Source: Alphaproteobacteria bacterium (GTDB taxonomy: Bacteria > Pseudomonadota > Alphaproteobacteria > SP197). From it: DNA of 64,000 bases. The DNA lies in assembly GCA_965228895.1 (NCBI GenBank), contig OZ245842.1, positions 1,216,001 through 1,280,000 on the forward strand. Direction: 5' to 3'. The notes under the pieces are model-generated. The model saw only the letters and a list, made by a program, of their open reading frames with translations. It had not been told where the DNA came from and ran no database searches. Position 1 is the first letter of the stretch, and each line of letters begins with the position of its first letter. Positions 1 through 12,482 of this stretch are shown here, in pieces. Made by a program: the position numbers and the translations under genes.

Positions 1-2
1 CG

Positions 3-1580
3 CGCTCGACCGGCAAGGTCGGAGTCGTTCTGGTGACGTCCGGTCCCGGCGCGACCAACTGTGTGACCGGTTTGACCGACGCGCTGATGGACAGCATTCC
101 CCTGGTCTGCCTGACCGGACAGGTGCCGACCCATCTGATCGGCAACGACGCGTTTCAGGAGGCCGACACGGTCGGCATCACGCGGCCCTGCACCAAGCAC
201 AATTATCTGGTGAAGAGCATTGAGGATCTGCCGCGCGTTCTGCACGAGGCATTTCACGTCGCCAGGAGCGGCCGGCCGGGACCGGTCGTCGTCGATCTGC
301 CGAAAGACGTCGTCAACGCGGAAGGCACCTATCTGCCGCCGGCTCGCGTCAAGCACAAGAGCTACAACCCGCAGGTCAAAGGCGACATGGCCCGCATCGA
401 AGAAGCGGTCGACCTGCTGGCCAAGGCCGAGCGTCCGATCATCTATGCCGGCGGCGGTGTCGTGAATGCCGGACCGGCTGCGTCCCAGCTGCTGACCAAC
501 CTGGCCGAGATTTCCGGTTTCCCGGTGACCTTGACCCTGATGGGGTTGGGCGCCCTGCCGGCCTCGCACAAACAGTTCCTCGGCATGCTCGGTATGCACG
601 GGTCGCTGGAGGCGAACATGGCGATGCACGACTGCGACGTCATGCTGTGCGTTGGTGCGCGGTTCGATGACCGGGTGACCGGCAGGACCGACGCGTTTTC
701 GCCGGACTCCAAGAAGATCCACATCGATATCGACGCGTCGTCGATCAACAAGAACATCCCCGTCGACGTGCCGATTATCGGCGACTGCGGTTATGTGCTT
801 GAGGATCTGATCAAGGTCTGGAAGGCGCGTCAGGTGCGGCCTGATGCCAAGGCGCTGGACGCCTGGTGGAAGAGCATTGACGGTTGGCGCAAGAAGAAGT
901 CGTTCAAGTACAAACAGTCCAAGCAGCTCATCAAGCCGCAATACGCGCTGGAACGGCTCAACGCCCATCTGCAAGGACGTGACGACGTCTTTATCACAAC
1001 GGAGGTCGGCCAGCACCAGATGTGGGCCGCCCAGTTCATCGATTTCGAAAAACCCAACCACTGGATGACGTCCGGCGGCCTCGGCACGATGGGTTATGGC
1101 CTGCCTGCCGCGATGGGCGTTCAGGTCGCCCACCCCGATGCGTTGGTGATCGACGTGGCGGGTGAAGCCTCGATCATGATGAACATTCAGGAGATGTCGA
1201 CGCTGGCGCAGTATCGCCTGCCGGTGAAGGTGTTCATCCTGAACAACCGCTGGATGGGTATGGTGCGCCAGTGGCAGGAGTTCTTCTTCGGCGGCCGCTA
1301 TTCGGAAAGTTACATGGAGTCCTTGCCGGATTTCGTGAAGCTGGCCGAATCGTTCGGCGCGCTCGGTCTACGGGCCTCGAAGCCTGGCGAGGTCGACGAC
1401 ATCATCAAGGAGATGATCGAGACCGACCGGCCGGTCATCGTCGACGTGGAAGTTGACCCCGACGAGAACGTTTATCCGATGATCCCCGCCGGCGCGGCCC
1501 ATAATCAGATCACGATGAGCCCCGGCGACGAGGTAGAACTCGACGACGCGACCAAGGATGAGGGCATGGTGCTCGTTTGA
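3..1580 (+). CDS. ilvB: Acetolactate synthase large subunit (5'-truncated by window edge)
   Basis: Frame is open from nt 3 (RSTGKVGVVLVTSGPGATN). Motifs TSGPGATN, GQVP, DAFQE, TEVGQHQMW, TSGGLGTMGYGLPAAMG and ThDP-binding GEAS..NN; followed by ilvN/H and ilvC. Confidence 0.97.
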   Translation, partial: RSTGKVGVVLVTSGPGATNCVTGLTDALMDSIPLVCLTGQVPTHLIGNDAFQEADTVGITRPCTKHNYLVKSIEDLPRVLHEAFHVARSGRPGPVVVDLPKDVVNAEGTYLPPARVKHKSYNPQVKGDMARIEEAVDLLAKAERPIIYAGGGVVNAGPAASQLLTNLAEISGFPVTLTLMGLGALPASHKQFLGMLGMHGSLEANMAMHDCDVMLCVGARFDDRVTGRTDAFSPDSKKIHIDIDASSINKNIPVDVPIIGDCGYVLEDLIKVWKARQVRPDAKALDAWWKSIDGWRKKKSFKYKQSKQLIKPQYALERLNAHLQGRDDVFITTEVGQHQMWAAQFIDFEKPNHWMTSGGLGTMGYGLPAAMGVQVAHPDALVIDVAGEASIMMNIQEMSTLAQYRLPVKVFILNNRWMGMVRQWQEFFFGGRYSESYMESLPDFVKLAESFGALGLRASKPGEVDDIIKEMIETDRPVIVDVEVDPDENVYPMIPAGAAHNQITMSPGDEVELDDATKDEGMVLV

Positions 1581-1659
1581 GCCTGGCCCTTGAGAGACAA
1601 ACCTTGATCGGAGACGTGCGCCGGACGAAACCGGCCCGTCTCCGTCGTTGGGGGATAAA

Positions 1660-2172
1660 GTGACAGACAAAGAAACTTCGCGGCGCGCTACGATTGCTGT
1701 TCTCGTTGATAACGAACCAGGCGTCCTGGCGCGCGTCATCGGCCTGTTCTCAGGCCGCGGCTACAACATCGACAGCCTGACGGTCAGTGAGGTCGATCCC
1801 GAACACGGGCGGTCCCGGATCACCGTCGTGACTGCTGGAACCGAAATGATCATCGAGCAGATCAAGGCGCAGTTGCGCCGGCTGGTGCCGGTACACCGGG
1901 TCAGCGATCTGACCGCCGAGGGCCCCCATGTCGAGCGCGAGTTGGCGCTGGTGAAGGTTGCGGGCGCCGGTGAAAAGCGCGTAGAAGCATTGCGTATCGC
2001 CGACGTCTTCCGGGCCCGCGTGGTCGACAGCACGATCGAGTCGTTCGTCTTCGAAATCACCGGTGCGTCGGACAAGATCGACGCCTTTGTGAACCTGATG
2101 CAGCCCCTGGGCCTGGCCGATGTCTCGCGCACCGGCGTTGTCGCTATTTCCCGCGGCCCCAAGCCCATCTGA
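1660..2172 (+). CDS. ilvN: Acetolactate synthase small (regulatory ACT) subunit
   Basis: ACT motif VLVDNEPGVLARVIGLFSGRGYNIDSLTV, ERELALVKV and RTGVVAISRG; GTG start after GGGGA. Confidence 0.96.
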   Translation: MTDKETSRRATIAVLVDNEPGVLARVIGLFSGRGYNIDSLTVSEVDPEHGRSRITVVTAGTEMIIEQIKAQLRRLVPVHRVSDLTAEGPHVERELALVKVAGAGEKRVEALRIADVFRARVVDSTIESFVFEITGASDKIDAFVNLMQPLGLADVSRTGVVAISRGPKPI

Positions 2173-2204
2173 ACTCCGTATGGCCGCCCGGGCTAGATGA
2201 CTAA

Positions 2205-3254
<1,050 letters not shown>

Positions 3255-3413
3255 TCGGGATGCCTCTTCTGATCGCCCTTGGCAGACAGCCCGGATTGTG
3301 ACAGGTGTCACGGGTACACCCCGAATTATTAACTATCGTTGATAAACGTAGGTCATGGTATGAATGTCGCCGGCTAGTTGCTTGAAATAGCTGGTGAAAT
3401 TTCGCCTCGTTAG

Positions 3414-4601
<1,188 letters not shown>

Positions 4602-4648
4602 CAACAATCGCGTGGCGCTTGGGGACAGCGCCACCGGGGTAACGCCGT

Positions 4649-5509
4649 ATGCTGAAGCTGACCTATTCCATAAGAGGAATCGTTCAGCGCTTCGCGTTGC
4701 CGCTGTTCATCGGCGTCGCCATCGCCTTGATGTTGCTGAACAGGGTCGACAATCCCATCGTCGTGAACATGCGCGCCCAGGCCGTCGACGGCTTGGCGCC
4801 GGTCATGGACGTACTGTCGCGCCCGGTCGGCGCGGTCCAGGACGGTATCGACTACATCGATCACTTCTTTTCCGTCTTCGAAGAGAACGCCCAGCTTCGT
4901 GAGGAGAACGAGCGCCTGTTGCACTGGCAGACCGTGGCGCGTCGCCTGGGGGCTGAGAACGACGAGTTCCGCGTCCTGCTATCGGCGGTCGCCGAGCCGC
5001 GCAGCGCCTTTGTCACGGCGCGGGTGATCGGCATGTCCAGCGGCAGTTTCGTGCGCACCGCGCTGTTGAATGCCGGCGCCAATGACGGGGTCGGGGTCGG
5101 CCAGGCCGTGGTGACGGCTGAGGGCATGATCGGCCGCATTGTCGAGGTCGGCAATCGAAGTGCCCGCATCCTGCTTCTGACCGACCTGAACAGCCGCATT
5201 CCGGTGGTGATCGAGCGGACCGGCGAGGCCGCTGTGGTGTCGGGCGACAACTCCGACCGCCTTCGCCTGGTCTATGTCACCGACGAGGATGTGGTAACGG
5301 TCGGCGACAGGCTGGTGACGTCGGGCGAGGGCGGCATGCTGCCGCCGGGCCTGCCGGTCGGTCAGGTAACCGCCAATCAGGATGGCGTGTGGCAGGTCCA
5401 GCCGTTTGTGGACGTAGGCCGCGCCGGGTATGTGCGTGTCCTGGATTACGCCCTGCCGGGTCTCTTGCCGACGACCCGTGAAGCCGGCGCCATCGATCAG
5501 CTCTGGTAA
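4649..5509 (+). CDS. mreC: Rod shape-determining protein MreC
   Basis: N-terminal TM, coiled coil (EENAQLREENERL), GMIGRIVEVG, LLTDLNSRIPV, VTSGEGG; lies after mreB. Confidence 0.95.
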   Translation: MLKLTYSIRGIVQRFALPLFIGVAIALMLLNRVDNPIVVNMRAQAVDGLAPVMDVLSRPVGAVQDGIDYIDHFFSVFEENAQLREENERLLHWQTVARRLGAENDEFRVLLSAVAEPRSAFVTARVIGMSSGSFVRTALLNAGANDGVGVGQAVVTAEGMIGRIVEVGNRSARILLLTDLNSRIPVVIERTGEAAVVSGDNSDRLRLVYVTDEDVVTVGDRLVTSGEGGMLPPGLPVGQVTANQDGVWQVQPFVDVGRAGYVRVLDYALPGLLPTTREAGAIDQLW

Positions 5510-6039
5510 TGGAAAGCCAGGTCCGCAGACTACGTTATCTGGTCGCCGGTCTGGCGCCGTTCTTGGTGGCGGTCGCCCTTTCCATGTTGATGGCCGTGCC
5601 GCTGCAACTGCCCCATGTGGGCGCGGTGACACCATCGTTGACGCTTGCTGCGGTGTTCTATTGGGCCGTCTTCCGTCCGGACCTGTTCGGCTATGCCGCC
5701 GCGTTCTTCCTTGGTCTGATCAGCGATATCGTCACTGGTGGCCCGCTGGGCTTGGGTGCTCTGGTCCTGGTCGTCGCGCAGGCAGTCAGCGTCACACAGC
5801 GCCGGTTCTTCCTGCACAAGCCGTTTCACATTCTGTGGTGGGGTTTCGCGCTGATCGCACCGCTGGCCATGCTGCTGCGCTGGCTGCTCGGCTCCATCTA
5901 CATGGGAACCTTCCTGGCCATCGCGCCGGTCGTGCTGCAGGCGATCGTGACCGTTGCCATCTTCCCGGCCGTCGCGTGGCTGCTGGGCCGTTGCCATGCC
6001 CTGTTGCCGCGCATGGCCGGCAACGCCACGTCAGGTTGA
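5509..6039 (+). CDS. mreD: Rod shape-determining protein MreD
   Basis: Multi-TM protein with AVFYWAVFRP and GLISDIVTGGPLG; lies between mreC and mrdA. Confidence 0.92.
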   Translation: MESQVRRLRYLVAGLAPFLVAVALSMLMAVPLQLPHVGAVTPSLTLAAVFYWAVFRPDLFGYAAAFFLGLISDIVTGGPLGLGALVLVVAQAVSVTQRRFFLHKPFHILWWGFALIAPLAMLLRWLLGSIYMGTFLAIAPVVLQAIVTVAIFPAVAWLLGRCHALLPRMAGNATSG

Positions 6040-6040
6040 C

Positions 6041-7912
6041 ATGAACCGCGATCTCGACAGGCGCAAACAGTTCGCCCGGCGCACCGTTATCCTGGCCGGT
6101 GGCCAGGCGCTGCTGCTGTCCGGTCTGGTCGCACGGCTCTACCAGCTTCAGGTGGTTGAGGCGGAAGCCTATGAGGTTCTGGCTGAAGAGAACCGCATCA
6201 ACATGCGCTTGTTGCCGCCGCCACGTGGCCTGATCCTCGATCGGTTCGGCAATGGCGTCGCGGTGAACCGGCAGAACTATCGTCTGGTCTTGGTTTCCGA
6301 GCAGACCGAAAGTGTCGCCGACACCCTGGACCGGCTTGGCGCGATCATCGAACTCACCGACCGCGATATCAGCCGGGTCAACCGCGAGACATCGCGCAAG
6401 CGCGACTTCGTGCCGGTGACGGTGCGTGAGGATCTGACCTGGTCCGAAGTCGCCCGGGTCGAGGTCAACGCGCCGGAGCTGCCCGGTGTGATGATCGAGG
6501 TCGGCCAGAGCCGCCTCTATCCCTATGGCGACCTTGCCGCCCATGTCACCGGCTATGTCGGCGCGGTTTCCGAGGCGGAGCTGACCGGCGATCCGCTGCT
6601 CGAGCTGCCCGGCTTCCGCACCGGCAAGAATGGCGCCGAACGGATCTTCGAGCCGGTGTTGCGCGGCAGCGCGGGCACCCAGCATGTCGAGGTCAACGCC
6701 TATGGCAGGATCATTCGCGAGATCGCACGTCAGGAAGGGTTGCCGGGCAACGACCTGACCTTGACCATCGACATGGGCCTTCAGGCCTTTGCCGCGCGCC
6801 GCCTGCAGGACGAAGCAGGTGCCGTTGTGGTGATGGACGTGACCAACGGTGATGTCCTGGCACTCGTCTCCTCGCCCAGCTTCGACCCCAACGTCTTCAC
6901 CTATGGTCTCAGTGGCGATCTCTGGCAGACTCTTTTGAATGACCCGAAGACGCCGCTGATCAACAAGGCCGTGGCCGGCCAATATCCGCCGGGCTCGACC
7001 TACAAGATGATGGTCGCCTTAGCCGGACTCCAGGAAGGCTTGATCGACCCCAACGATACGGTCTGGTGCCCTGGCTACTACACGCTCGGCAACCATCGCT
7101 TCCATTGTTGGAAGCGTGGCGGTCATGGGCACATGAACATGGTCGATGCGATCAAACGCTCGTGCGACGTCTACTTTTACGACACCGCCCGCAAGCTCGG
7201 CGCCGAGCGGATGGCGGAAATGTCGCATCGGTTCGGCCTGGGCGAGACGAGTGGCATCGAGCTGCCCGGCGAGCGCGCAGGGCTGATTCCGACGCCGGCG
7301 TGGAAGTTGGCGGTTCTCGGCGACTCCTGGCAAGGCGGCGAGACGTTGATCGCGGGCATCGGCCAGGGATACGTGCTGACGACGCCGTTGCAGCTGGCGG
7401 TGATGGCGGCACGCCTGGGTAACGGACAGGCCAAGGTGGTGCCCAGACTGGCGCGGCCAGCCGACGGGCCGGACATCCCTGCGTTCGAGCCGCTTGGTGT
7501 CAACCCTTTCGCCATGGATCTGGTGCGCGAGGGCATGGTCCGGGTGGTCAACGACCCGCAGGGCGGCACCGCCTATCGCGCCCGCATCGAAGACGAAGGC
7601 ATGACCATGGCCGGCAAGACCGGCACAGCCCAGGTGCGCCGTATGACAGCCGCCGACCGTGCCGCCAACACACCGATCGAGGAGATCCCGTGGATCGAGC
7701 GGGACCACGCTCTTTTCGTCGCCTATGCGCCGATCGACAACCCGCGCTATGCGATCGCCGTTGTTGTCGAGCATGGCGGTGGCGGTTCACGCGTGGCGGC
7801 GCCGATAGCACGCGATGTTCTGCGTGAGGCGCAACGGCGCCAGTCGGCCCGCTTTCAGGACATCCCGGTCGCCGACCCGGTCGAGACACCCGTCGTCAGT
7901 TCGGAGCTCTGA
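6041..7912 (+). CDS. mrdA: Penicillin-binding protein 2
   Basis: RLYQLQV, PPRGLILDR, SxxK (PGSTYK), SCDVYFY (SxD variant), KTGTAQ; ATG at 6041. Confidence 0.97.
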   Translation: MNRDLDRRKQFARRTVILAGGQALLLSGLVARLYQLQVVEAEAYEVLAEENRINMRLLPPPRGLILDRFGNGVAVNRQNYRLVLVSEQTESVADTLDRLGAIIELTDRDISRVNRETSRKRDFVPVTVREDLTWSEVARVEVNAPELPGVMIEVGQSRLYPYGDLAAHVTGYVGAVSEAELTGDPLLELPGFRTGKNGAERIFEPVLRGSAGTQHVEVNAYGRIIREIARQEGLPGNDLTLTIDMGLQAFAARRLQDEAGAVVVMDVTNGDVLALVSSPSFDPNVFTYGLSGDLWQTLLNDPKTPLINKAVAGQYPPGSTYKMMVALAGLQEGLIDPNDTVWCPGYYTLGNHRFHCWKRGGHGHMNMVDAIKRSCDVYFYDTARKLGAERMAEMSHRFGLGETSGIELPGERAGLIPTPAWKLAVLGDSWQGGETLIAGIGQGYVLTTPLQLAVMAARLGNGQAKVVPRLARPADGPDIPAFEPLGVNPFAMDLVREGMVRVVNDPQGGTAYRARIEDEGMTMAGKTGTAQVRRMTAADRAANTPIEEIPWIERDHALFVAYAPIDNPRYAIAVVVEHGGGGSRVAAPIARDVLREAQRRQSARFQDIPVADPVETPVVSSEL

Positions 7913-7917
7913 CCGGC

Positions 7918-9072
7918 ATGGCCAACACCGCGCACTATATCGGCCGACCCGCGCTCACCCTGCGCCACAAGCTCGGTCAGATGTCCTGGGGCCTCGTGGC
8001 GCTTCTGGTCATGGTCGCGGTCATGGGCTTCGCCATGCTCTATTCCGCCGCCAACGGCAGTCTGGAGCCGTGGGCGTCGCGCCAGATGATCCGCTTCGGG
8101 GTCGGCATGGTGCTGATGTTCATCGTTGCCATGATCGATATCCGTCAACTGCATCGGTTCGCCTATGTCTTCTTTGTCGTCGCGTTGCTTCTGCTGGTCG
8201 CTGTCGAGGTGATGGGCCGGGTCGGCATGGGGGCGCAGCGCTGGATCGATCTGGGGGTCTTTCAGCTACAGCCCTCCGAACTGATGAAGCTGGCGCTGGT
8301 TCTGGCGCTGGCTCGCTACTTCCATGGACTGGGGCCGGAAGGCATTGCCAAGATGAAGGCCTTGATCGGCCCCATCATCTTGATCGGCGTGCCGACGGCG
8401 CTGGTCCTGAAACAGCCGGATTTGGGCACGGCCATGCTGCTGGCGGCTGGCGGCGTCGCGCTGTGCTTCGCGGCCGGGATCCAATGGCGCTATTTCATCG
8501 GCGCCGGCGTCGCCTTTGCCGCCGCGTTGCCGGTTGGCTGGCAGATGCTGCATGACTATCAGCGTCAACGCATTCTGACCTACCTCGACCCCAGCTCCGA
8601 CCCGCTGGGCGCCGGCTATCACATCCTGCAGTCGAAGATCGCGTTGGGTTCCGGCGGGATGTTCGGCAAGGGGTTCATGGCGGGCACCCAAAGCCATCTG
8701 GAGTTCCTGCCGGAAATGCAAACGGATTTCATCTTCACCATGCTGGCCGAAGAACTGGGCATGGCAGGGGCGCTGTTGTTGCTCGTGCTCTATGTGCTGA
8801 TCATCGCCTACGGAATCGGCGTCAGCCTGCGCGCGACCAGTCAGTTCGGCCGTCTGGTCGCGCTCGGCGTGACGGTGACGTTCTTTCTTTACGTCTTCAT
8901 CAACATCGCCATGGTGACCGGCCTGGTGCCGGTGGTCGGCGTGCCGCTGCCGTTGATCTCCTATGGCGGCACGGCGATGATGACCCTGATGGTCGGCTTC
9001 GGCATGCTGGCCAGCGTCCACGTGCACCGCGACACGCCGGTGCCGCGCCGTCCGGGCGGCTCGCTCTACTGA
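7918..9072 (+). CDS. rodA: Rod shape-determining SEDS glycosyltransferase RodA
   Basis: GAQRWI, QPSELMK, QPDLGT, QSKIALGSGG, TDFIF, PLISYGG. Confidence 0.97.
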   Translation: MANTAHYIGRPALTLRHKLGQMSWGLVALLVMVAVMGFAMLYSAANGSLEPWASRQMIRFGVGMVLMFIVAMIDIRQLHRFAYVFFVVALLLLVAVEVMGRVGMGAQRWIDLGVFQLQPSELMKLALVLALARYFHGLGPEGIAKMKALIGPIILIGVPTALVLKQPDLGTAMLLAAGGVALCFAAGIQWRYFIGAGVAFAAALPVGWQMLHDYQRQRILTYLDPSSDPLGAGYHILQSKIALGSGGMFGKGFMAGTQSHLEFLPEMQTDFIFTMLAEELGMAGALLLLVLYVLIIAYGIGVSLRATSQFGRLVALGVTVTFFLYVFINIAMVTGLVPVVGVPLPLISYGGTAMMTLMVGFGMLASVHVHRDTPVPRRPGGSLY

Positions 9073-9174
9073 CAGACCTGCTTGCGAAACGACGAGAGCC
9101 CAAACCGCTCACGGTTTGAGCCCTCGGGGATCGTTGTTGTCAACACGCAGTGGCATGCCTGCGTGGCGATCAGT

Positions 9175-9933
9175 TTAGAAACCCGCGGTCTCGAACAGCT
9201 TGTCGAGTTCGCCGGAATCCTTGAGCTGGGCCAGCAGCGTGTTGATCTCCTCGACCGGCGGCGCCGATTCCGGACGCAGCACGAAGCTGTGGCGGTATTC
9301 CTGATCGATCTTGTCGGCGACCAGGAACTTGCCCAGGAACTCCGGATGGTTGCCCAGGAACTTCCTCAAGTAGGCCTCCGGCACGATCGCGATATCGGCC
9401 CGTCCGTCCTGCACGTAATAGAGACTGGTGCAGGGGTTCAGCGGTTGCTCGACCATATAGGTTGTTTGCAGATAGGCCGGATCGGCATTGAAATCGGCAA
9501 AACCGTAATGAAAGCCATAGACGGCGGCGATCTTGTGCTCGGTGACGTCGTCGAAGAAGCTTTGATCGCGGTCGACATCGGCGCGCGTGACATAGATCTC
9601 CTGGCCGGTCATGAAGACATCCGACATCACGACGTCCTGGTCGGCCCAGCCCCACTCCGGACTTTCGAAGGCGATCATGTCGAACTTGCCGGCCGCCAGG
9701 TCGTCAAAGCGATCACGGGCCGAGGTATCGACGATTTCGAAGACATAATCGTCCTGCGCCTCGTTCATCAGGTCGACGAGGTCGGCGACGATGCCGCCGA
9801 CACCGGTGGCGGTCTGCTCCGAGAACGGCGGGAAGTAATAGGCGCCGATCTTAATGGTTTCGGCGGCTTTGGCGGCGCTGATCGAGAGCGAGAGCGCCAA
9901 GCCAATACTAGCAAGTGCCCAAAAACGACGCAT
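9175..9933 (-). CDS. Orphan periplasmic amino-acid-type substrate-binding protein (family 3-like)
   Basis: Signal peptide ending AKA-A, FPPF motif, GRADIAI, C-terminal LAQLKDSGELDKL. Confidence 0.75.
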   Translation of the reverse strand: MRRFWALASIGLALSLSISAAKAAETIKIGAYYFPPFSEQTATGVGGIVADLVDLMNEAQDDYVFEIVDTSARDRFDDLAAGKFDMIAFESPEWGWADQDVVMSDVFMTGQEIYVTRADVDRDQSFFDDVTEHKIAAVYGFHYGFADFNADPAYLQTTYMVEQPLNPCTSLYYVQDGRADIAIVPEAYLRKFLGNHPEFLGKFLVADKIDQEYRHSFVLRPESAPPVEEINTLLAQLKDSGELDKLFETAGF

Positions 9934-10107
9934 GGCGAGCCTCCTTATGCGTTGCTGTCACCAAGGTCCCTCCGAACCGGCCCGAAGGCCGGCTGCTGCC
10001 TCAGTTTAAGCCCGTTCCGGCACCGATTAAAGCGGGCGCCGGAACGCCGCGCATACCGCCGCTTTCGGGCGTCTCGACAAGCCCCGGCGCGTTTGATAGA
10101 TAGGCGC

Positions 10108-10186
<79 letters not shown>

Positions 10187-10249
10187 TTCGTAATAATTAC
10201 AATGACCTAAAGGTACATACGCCTTCCGTCGCATCTGGTCGATCGCCCT

Positions 10250-10269
10250 AAGATAACGCTGAAATAACA
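10250..10269 (+). promoter_or_regulatory. Putative integrase arm-type binding site (left arm)
   Basis: AAGATAACGCTGAAATAACA, 18/20 identical to 19686-19705 near the other end, same orientation. Confidence 0.65.
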
Positions 10270-10272
10270 CCA

Positions 10273-10830
10273 ATGCAGGAAATACCCATAGACTGGGGCA
10301 ATGCCCTCGTCGCATTTGTCGCTGAACTAATCTTGGTCCTGTTGGTCGTTCTATTCACCCCAAAGGCCAAGGTCATTTGGGGCATTAGCCACGGGTTCAC
10401 CTATCGGTTGACTTGGCCGAACCAACCAGATCTTAGGGTGCAAACCCAAAAGGTGACTGTTCACAACGTTGGTCGAGCGGCGGCGAGCGATGTGGAAGTC
10501 CATCTGAACTTCGAGCCCGAGCACTTCAATGTTTGGCCGACGCAAAACTACGAAACTGAGAAGAACCCAGAAGACCGCTTCACAATAAAGTTCCGGTCCT
10601 TAGGTCGTAACGAGCACGTGTCGATTGAAATGTTGTCGACAGGTGACCTTGAAGTTCCTGCCGTTCTCAGTGTCCGAAGCCCTCAGGGTGTCGCCAAGAT
10701 GGTCGCATTTGCACCTCTTCGGGTGTTCCCTCGTGCGGTCAATTTGACGTTTGTGGTTCTTGCCGCGATCGGGATCCTAGCGATCTTTTACATGATTGTA
10801 GCCGTCGTAAGCAGGGCGCTCGGCACATAA
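10273..10830 (+). CDS. Hypothetical membrane protein (N- and C-terminal TM, beta-rich middle), element cargo
   Basis: 185-aa ORF with two hydrophobic segments; VTVHNVGRAAASDVEV resembles an Ig-like strand; visibly lower GC than core genes. Confidence 0.7.
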   Translation: MQEIPIDWGNALVAFVAELILVLLVVLFTPKAKVIWGISHGFTYRLTWPNQPDLRVQTQKVTVHNVGRAAASDVEVHLNFEPEHFNVWPTQNYETEKNPEDRFTIKFRSLGRNEHVSIEMLSTGDLEVPAVLSVRSPQGVAKMVAFAPLRVFPRAVNLTFVVLAAIGILAIFYMIVAVVSRALGT

Positions 10831-10960
10831 CGATTTGTCGGTGCGGACGCATGATCCATGGTCCAATTCGGCTTCACTGATTGTCCGGACATGATTGGAT
10901 TCATTGCGCGTCCGCCAGTTTAGCCGCTGGTGATTTCGTATTGGTGTTAGTGACGACTGC

Positions 10961-11488
10961 CTAGAGAATCACCCCTGCTTCATGCGCTAGGCGTTCGACG
11001 AGAGCAGCCAACAAAATGATAGCGGCTAAGACTGCAGGCACGATCGAGAGAAAGAGCGACGGATAAAAGATCCGTTGAGACCACAGCAAATCAGATTGCC
11101 TTTGCTCATCAAGCTTCCTTTGCATTTCGGTTATGCCTGCTTGTGTCTGCTCGACTCCATCGGTCGCATTCGCCATCACGAATTGTTGCCTCGCCATTTT
11201 GATCGTCGTGAGGACAGTGACCGCAATATAGACAGCAAGTGAGAACGCCATAGCTAAACCCGTAGTCAACATCTCCCATGGAGCCATGTAGTCTCGAACA
11301 AATGCCCATAGAGCAAAAAAGCCAGCATAGCCGCCTGCTAGTATGACTCGATTGTACGCCTGTGACTTGTCGATTGAGTGAGCAATGAGTTCTTTCTGAA
11401 AGTCGATGACCTTCTTCGCAAATCGCTCTTCTTCGAGCGCCCGCAACCTCTCAGCATTTTCTTTGACCGCTTTGATCAGGTCTTCCAT
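10961..11488 (-). CDS. Hypothetical multi-pass membrane protein, element cargo
   Basis: ORF with about 3 TM segments (VILAGGYAGFFALW...); ATG at 11488 after AGGA. Confidence 0.7.
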   Translation of the reverse strand: MEDLIKAVKENAERLRALEEERFAKKVIDFQKELIAHSIDKSQAYNRVILAGGYAGFFALWAFVRDYMAPWEMLTTGLAMAFSLAVYIAVTVLTTIKMARQQFVMANATDGVEQTQAGITEMQRKLDEQRQSDLLWSQRIFYPSLFLSIVPAVLAAIILLAALVERLAHEAGVIL

Positions 11489-11599
11489 TGTCCTGTCTCT
11501 TACCGGCATTCCTCGGAATTCCTGGTGAGATGAGAATCTTCCGGACTGATGACGGAGGCAGTTGGAATTCTGCCTCCGTCATCTGGTTGCTGGCCGGAG

Positions 11600-12064
11600 T
11601 TACGCGGCCTGATCGAATGGCTGGTAGTTGTCGGGATCCCCAGCATCAATCTCGTGCACGGTCAGCTTGGCTCTTGGCACACAACGCTCAGCCACCTGCT
11701 GCGGAGTCAGGCTGGGGTCAAGTTCAAGTCGTTCGATCGTCAACAGGCGAATAACGGCTTCCGCATTCGGATCCAGTTCGGCTTCACCTCTCTCCCAACG
11801 ACCGACCGATTGTCCTTCCTTGTGCACAATCTTACCAAGTTCGGCCTGAGTAAAACCCATCTCCGTACGCAGGAAGCGCAGTTCATCAGGCGACATGCTG
11901 CTTTCGCCAGTGACAATCATGTGCGCGATGAGCTTTTGCAGTCCGGCGACATTCTTGATCACTACGACGTTGTCACCGTCATCGTCCGTGTACACTTCCA
12001 CGTTACGCAGTCGCACGTTCTCCAGCCCGCACTCAGTGTAGTGGTACACATCTAGACGATTCAT
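11600..12064 (-). CDS. MqsA/YgiT-like XRE-HTH antitoxin
   Basis: YHYTECGLENVRL N-terminus and XRE HTH ELRFLRTEMGFTQAELGKIV..VGRWERGE; GGAGG RBS; directly downstream of the DUF4258-like gene. Confidence 0.8.
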   Translation of the reverse strand: MNRLDVYHYTECGLENVRLRNVEVYTDDDGDNVVVIKNVAGLQKLIAHMIVTGESSMSPDELRFLRTEMGFTQAELGKIVHKEGQSVGRWERGEAELDPNAEAVIRLLTIERLELDPSLTPQQVAERCVPRAKLTVHEIDAGDPDNYQPFDQAA

Positions 12065-12094
12065 CGGATTTCCTCCTTTTCGGCTCTTGCGAAC

Positions 12095-12469
12095 CTACGA
12101 ACGCTCTCTCGGCTCATCCGCCCACATAACCGTAACTAACTTCAGACGTGTTCTCTGCGTGATCGACGGAATCACGACAACGCGAACAGTTCTGTTTCCG
12201 GAGTTCGGCGTCTTACTTTCGATTTCGTACTTGTAGAACCCCGCTTTTGTCGCCGGTTCGGCGTCGGCAAAAACAAAACCGCACTTCATGCAGTAGAGCG
12301 CGTCACCGAGAATAAGACTTCGATCACGCATCTGATCCTTTGCGTGCTGCGTGATTGCCAGGTCGGGGTTGTGCTGAGCGATATCATTGATTTGCCGAGT
12401 TGCGTCCGCAGGTGACCAAGGCTGACGTTTCAGCCGCTTTGAGCGCCGTTTTTTTGGTTCGCTGCTCAT
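12095..12469 (-). CDS. DUF4258-family putative RNase toxin
   Basis: TQHAKDQMRDR, DALYCMKCG, YKYEIE, VRVVV and KLVTVMW pattern typical of DUF4258; toxin-first arrangement. Confidence 0.78.
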   Translation of the reverse strand: MSSEPKKRRSKRLKRQPWSPADATRQINDIAQHNPDLAITQHAKDQMRDRSLILGDALYCMKCGFVFADAEPATKAGFYKYEIESKTPNSGNRTVRVVVIPSITQRTRLKLVTVMWADEPRERS

Positions 12470-12482
12470 GGTGTTGGAGAGG

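Noticed and set aside
3328-3343. CtrA box upstream of mreB
   Set aside because: TTAA-N6-TTGA does not match TTAA-N7-TTAA in spacing or sequence.
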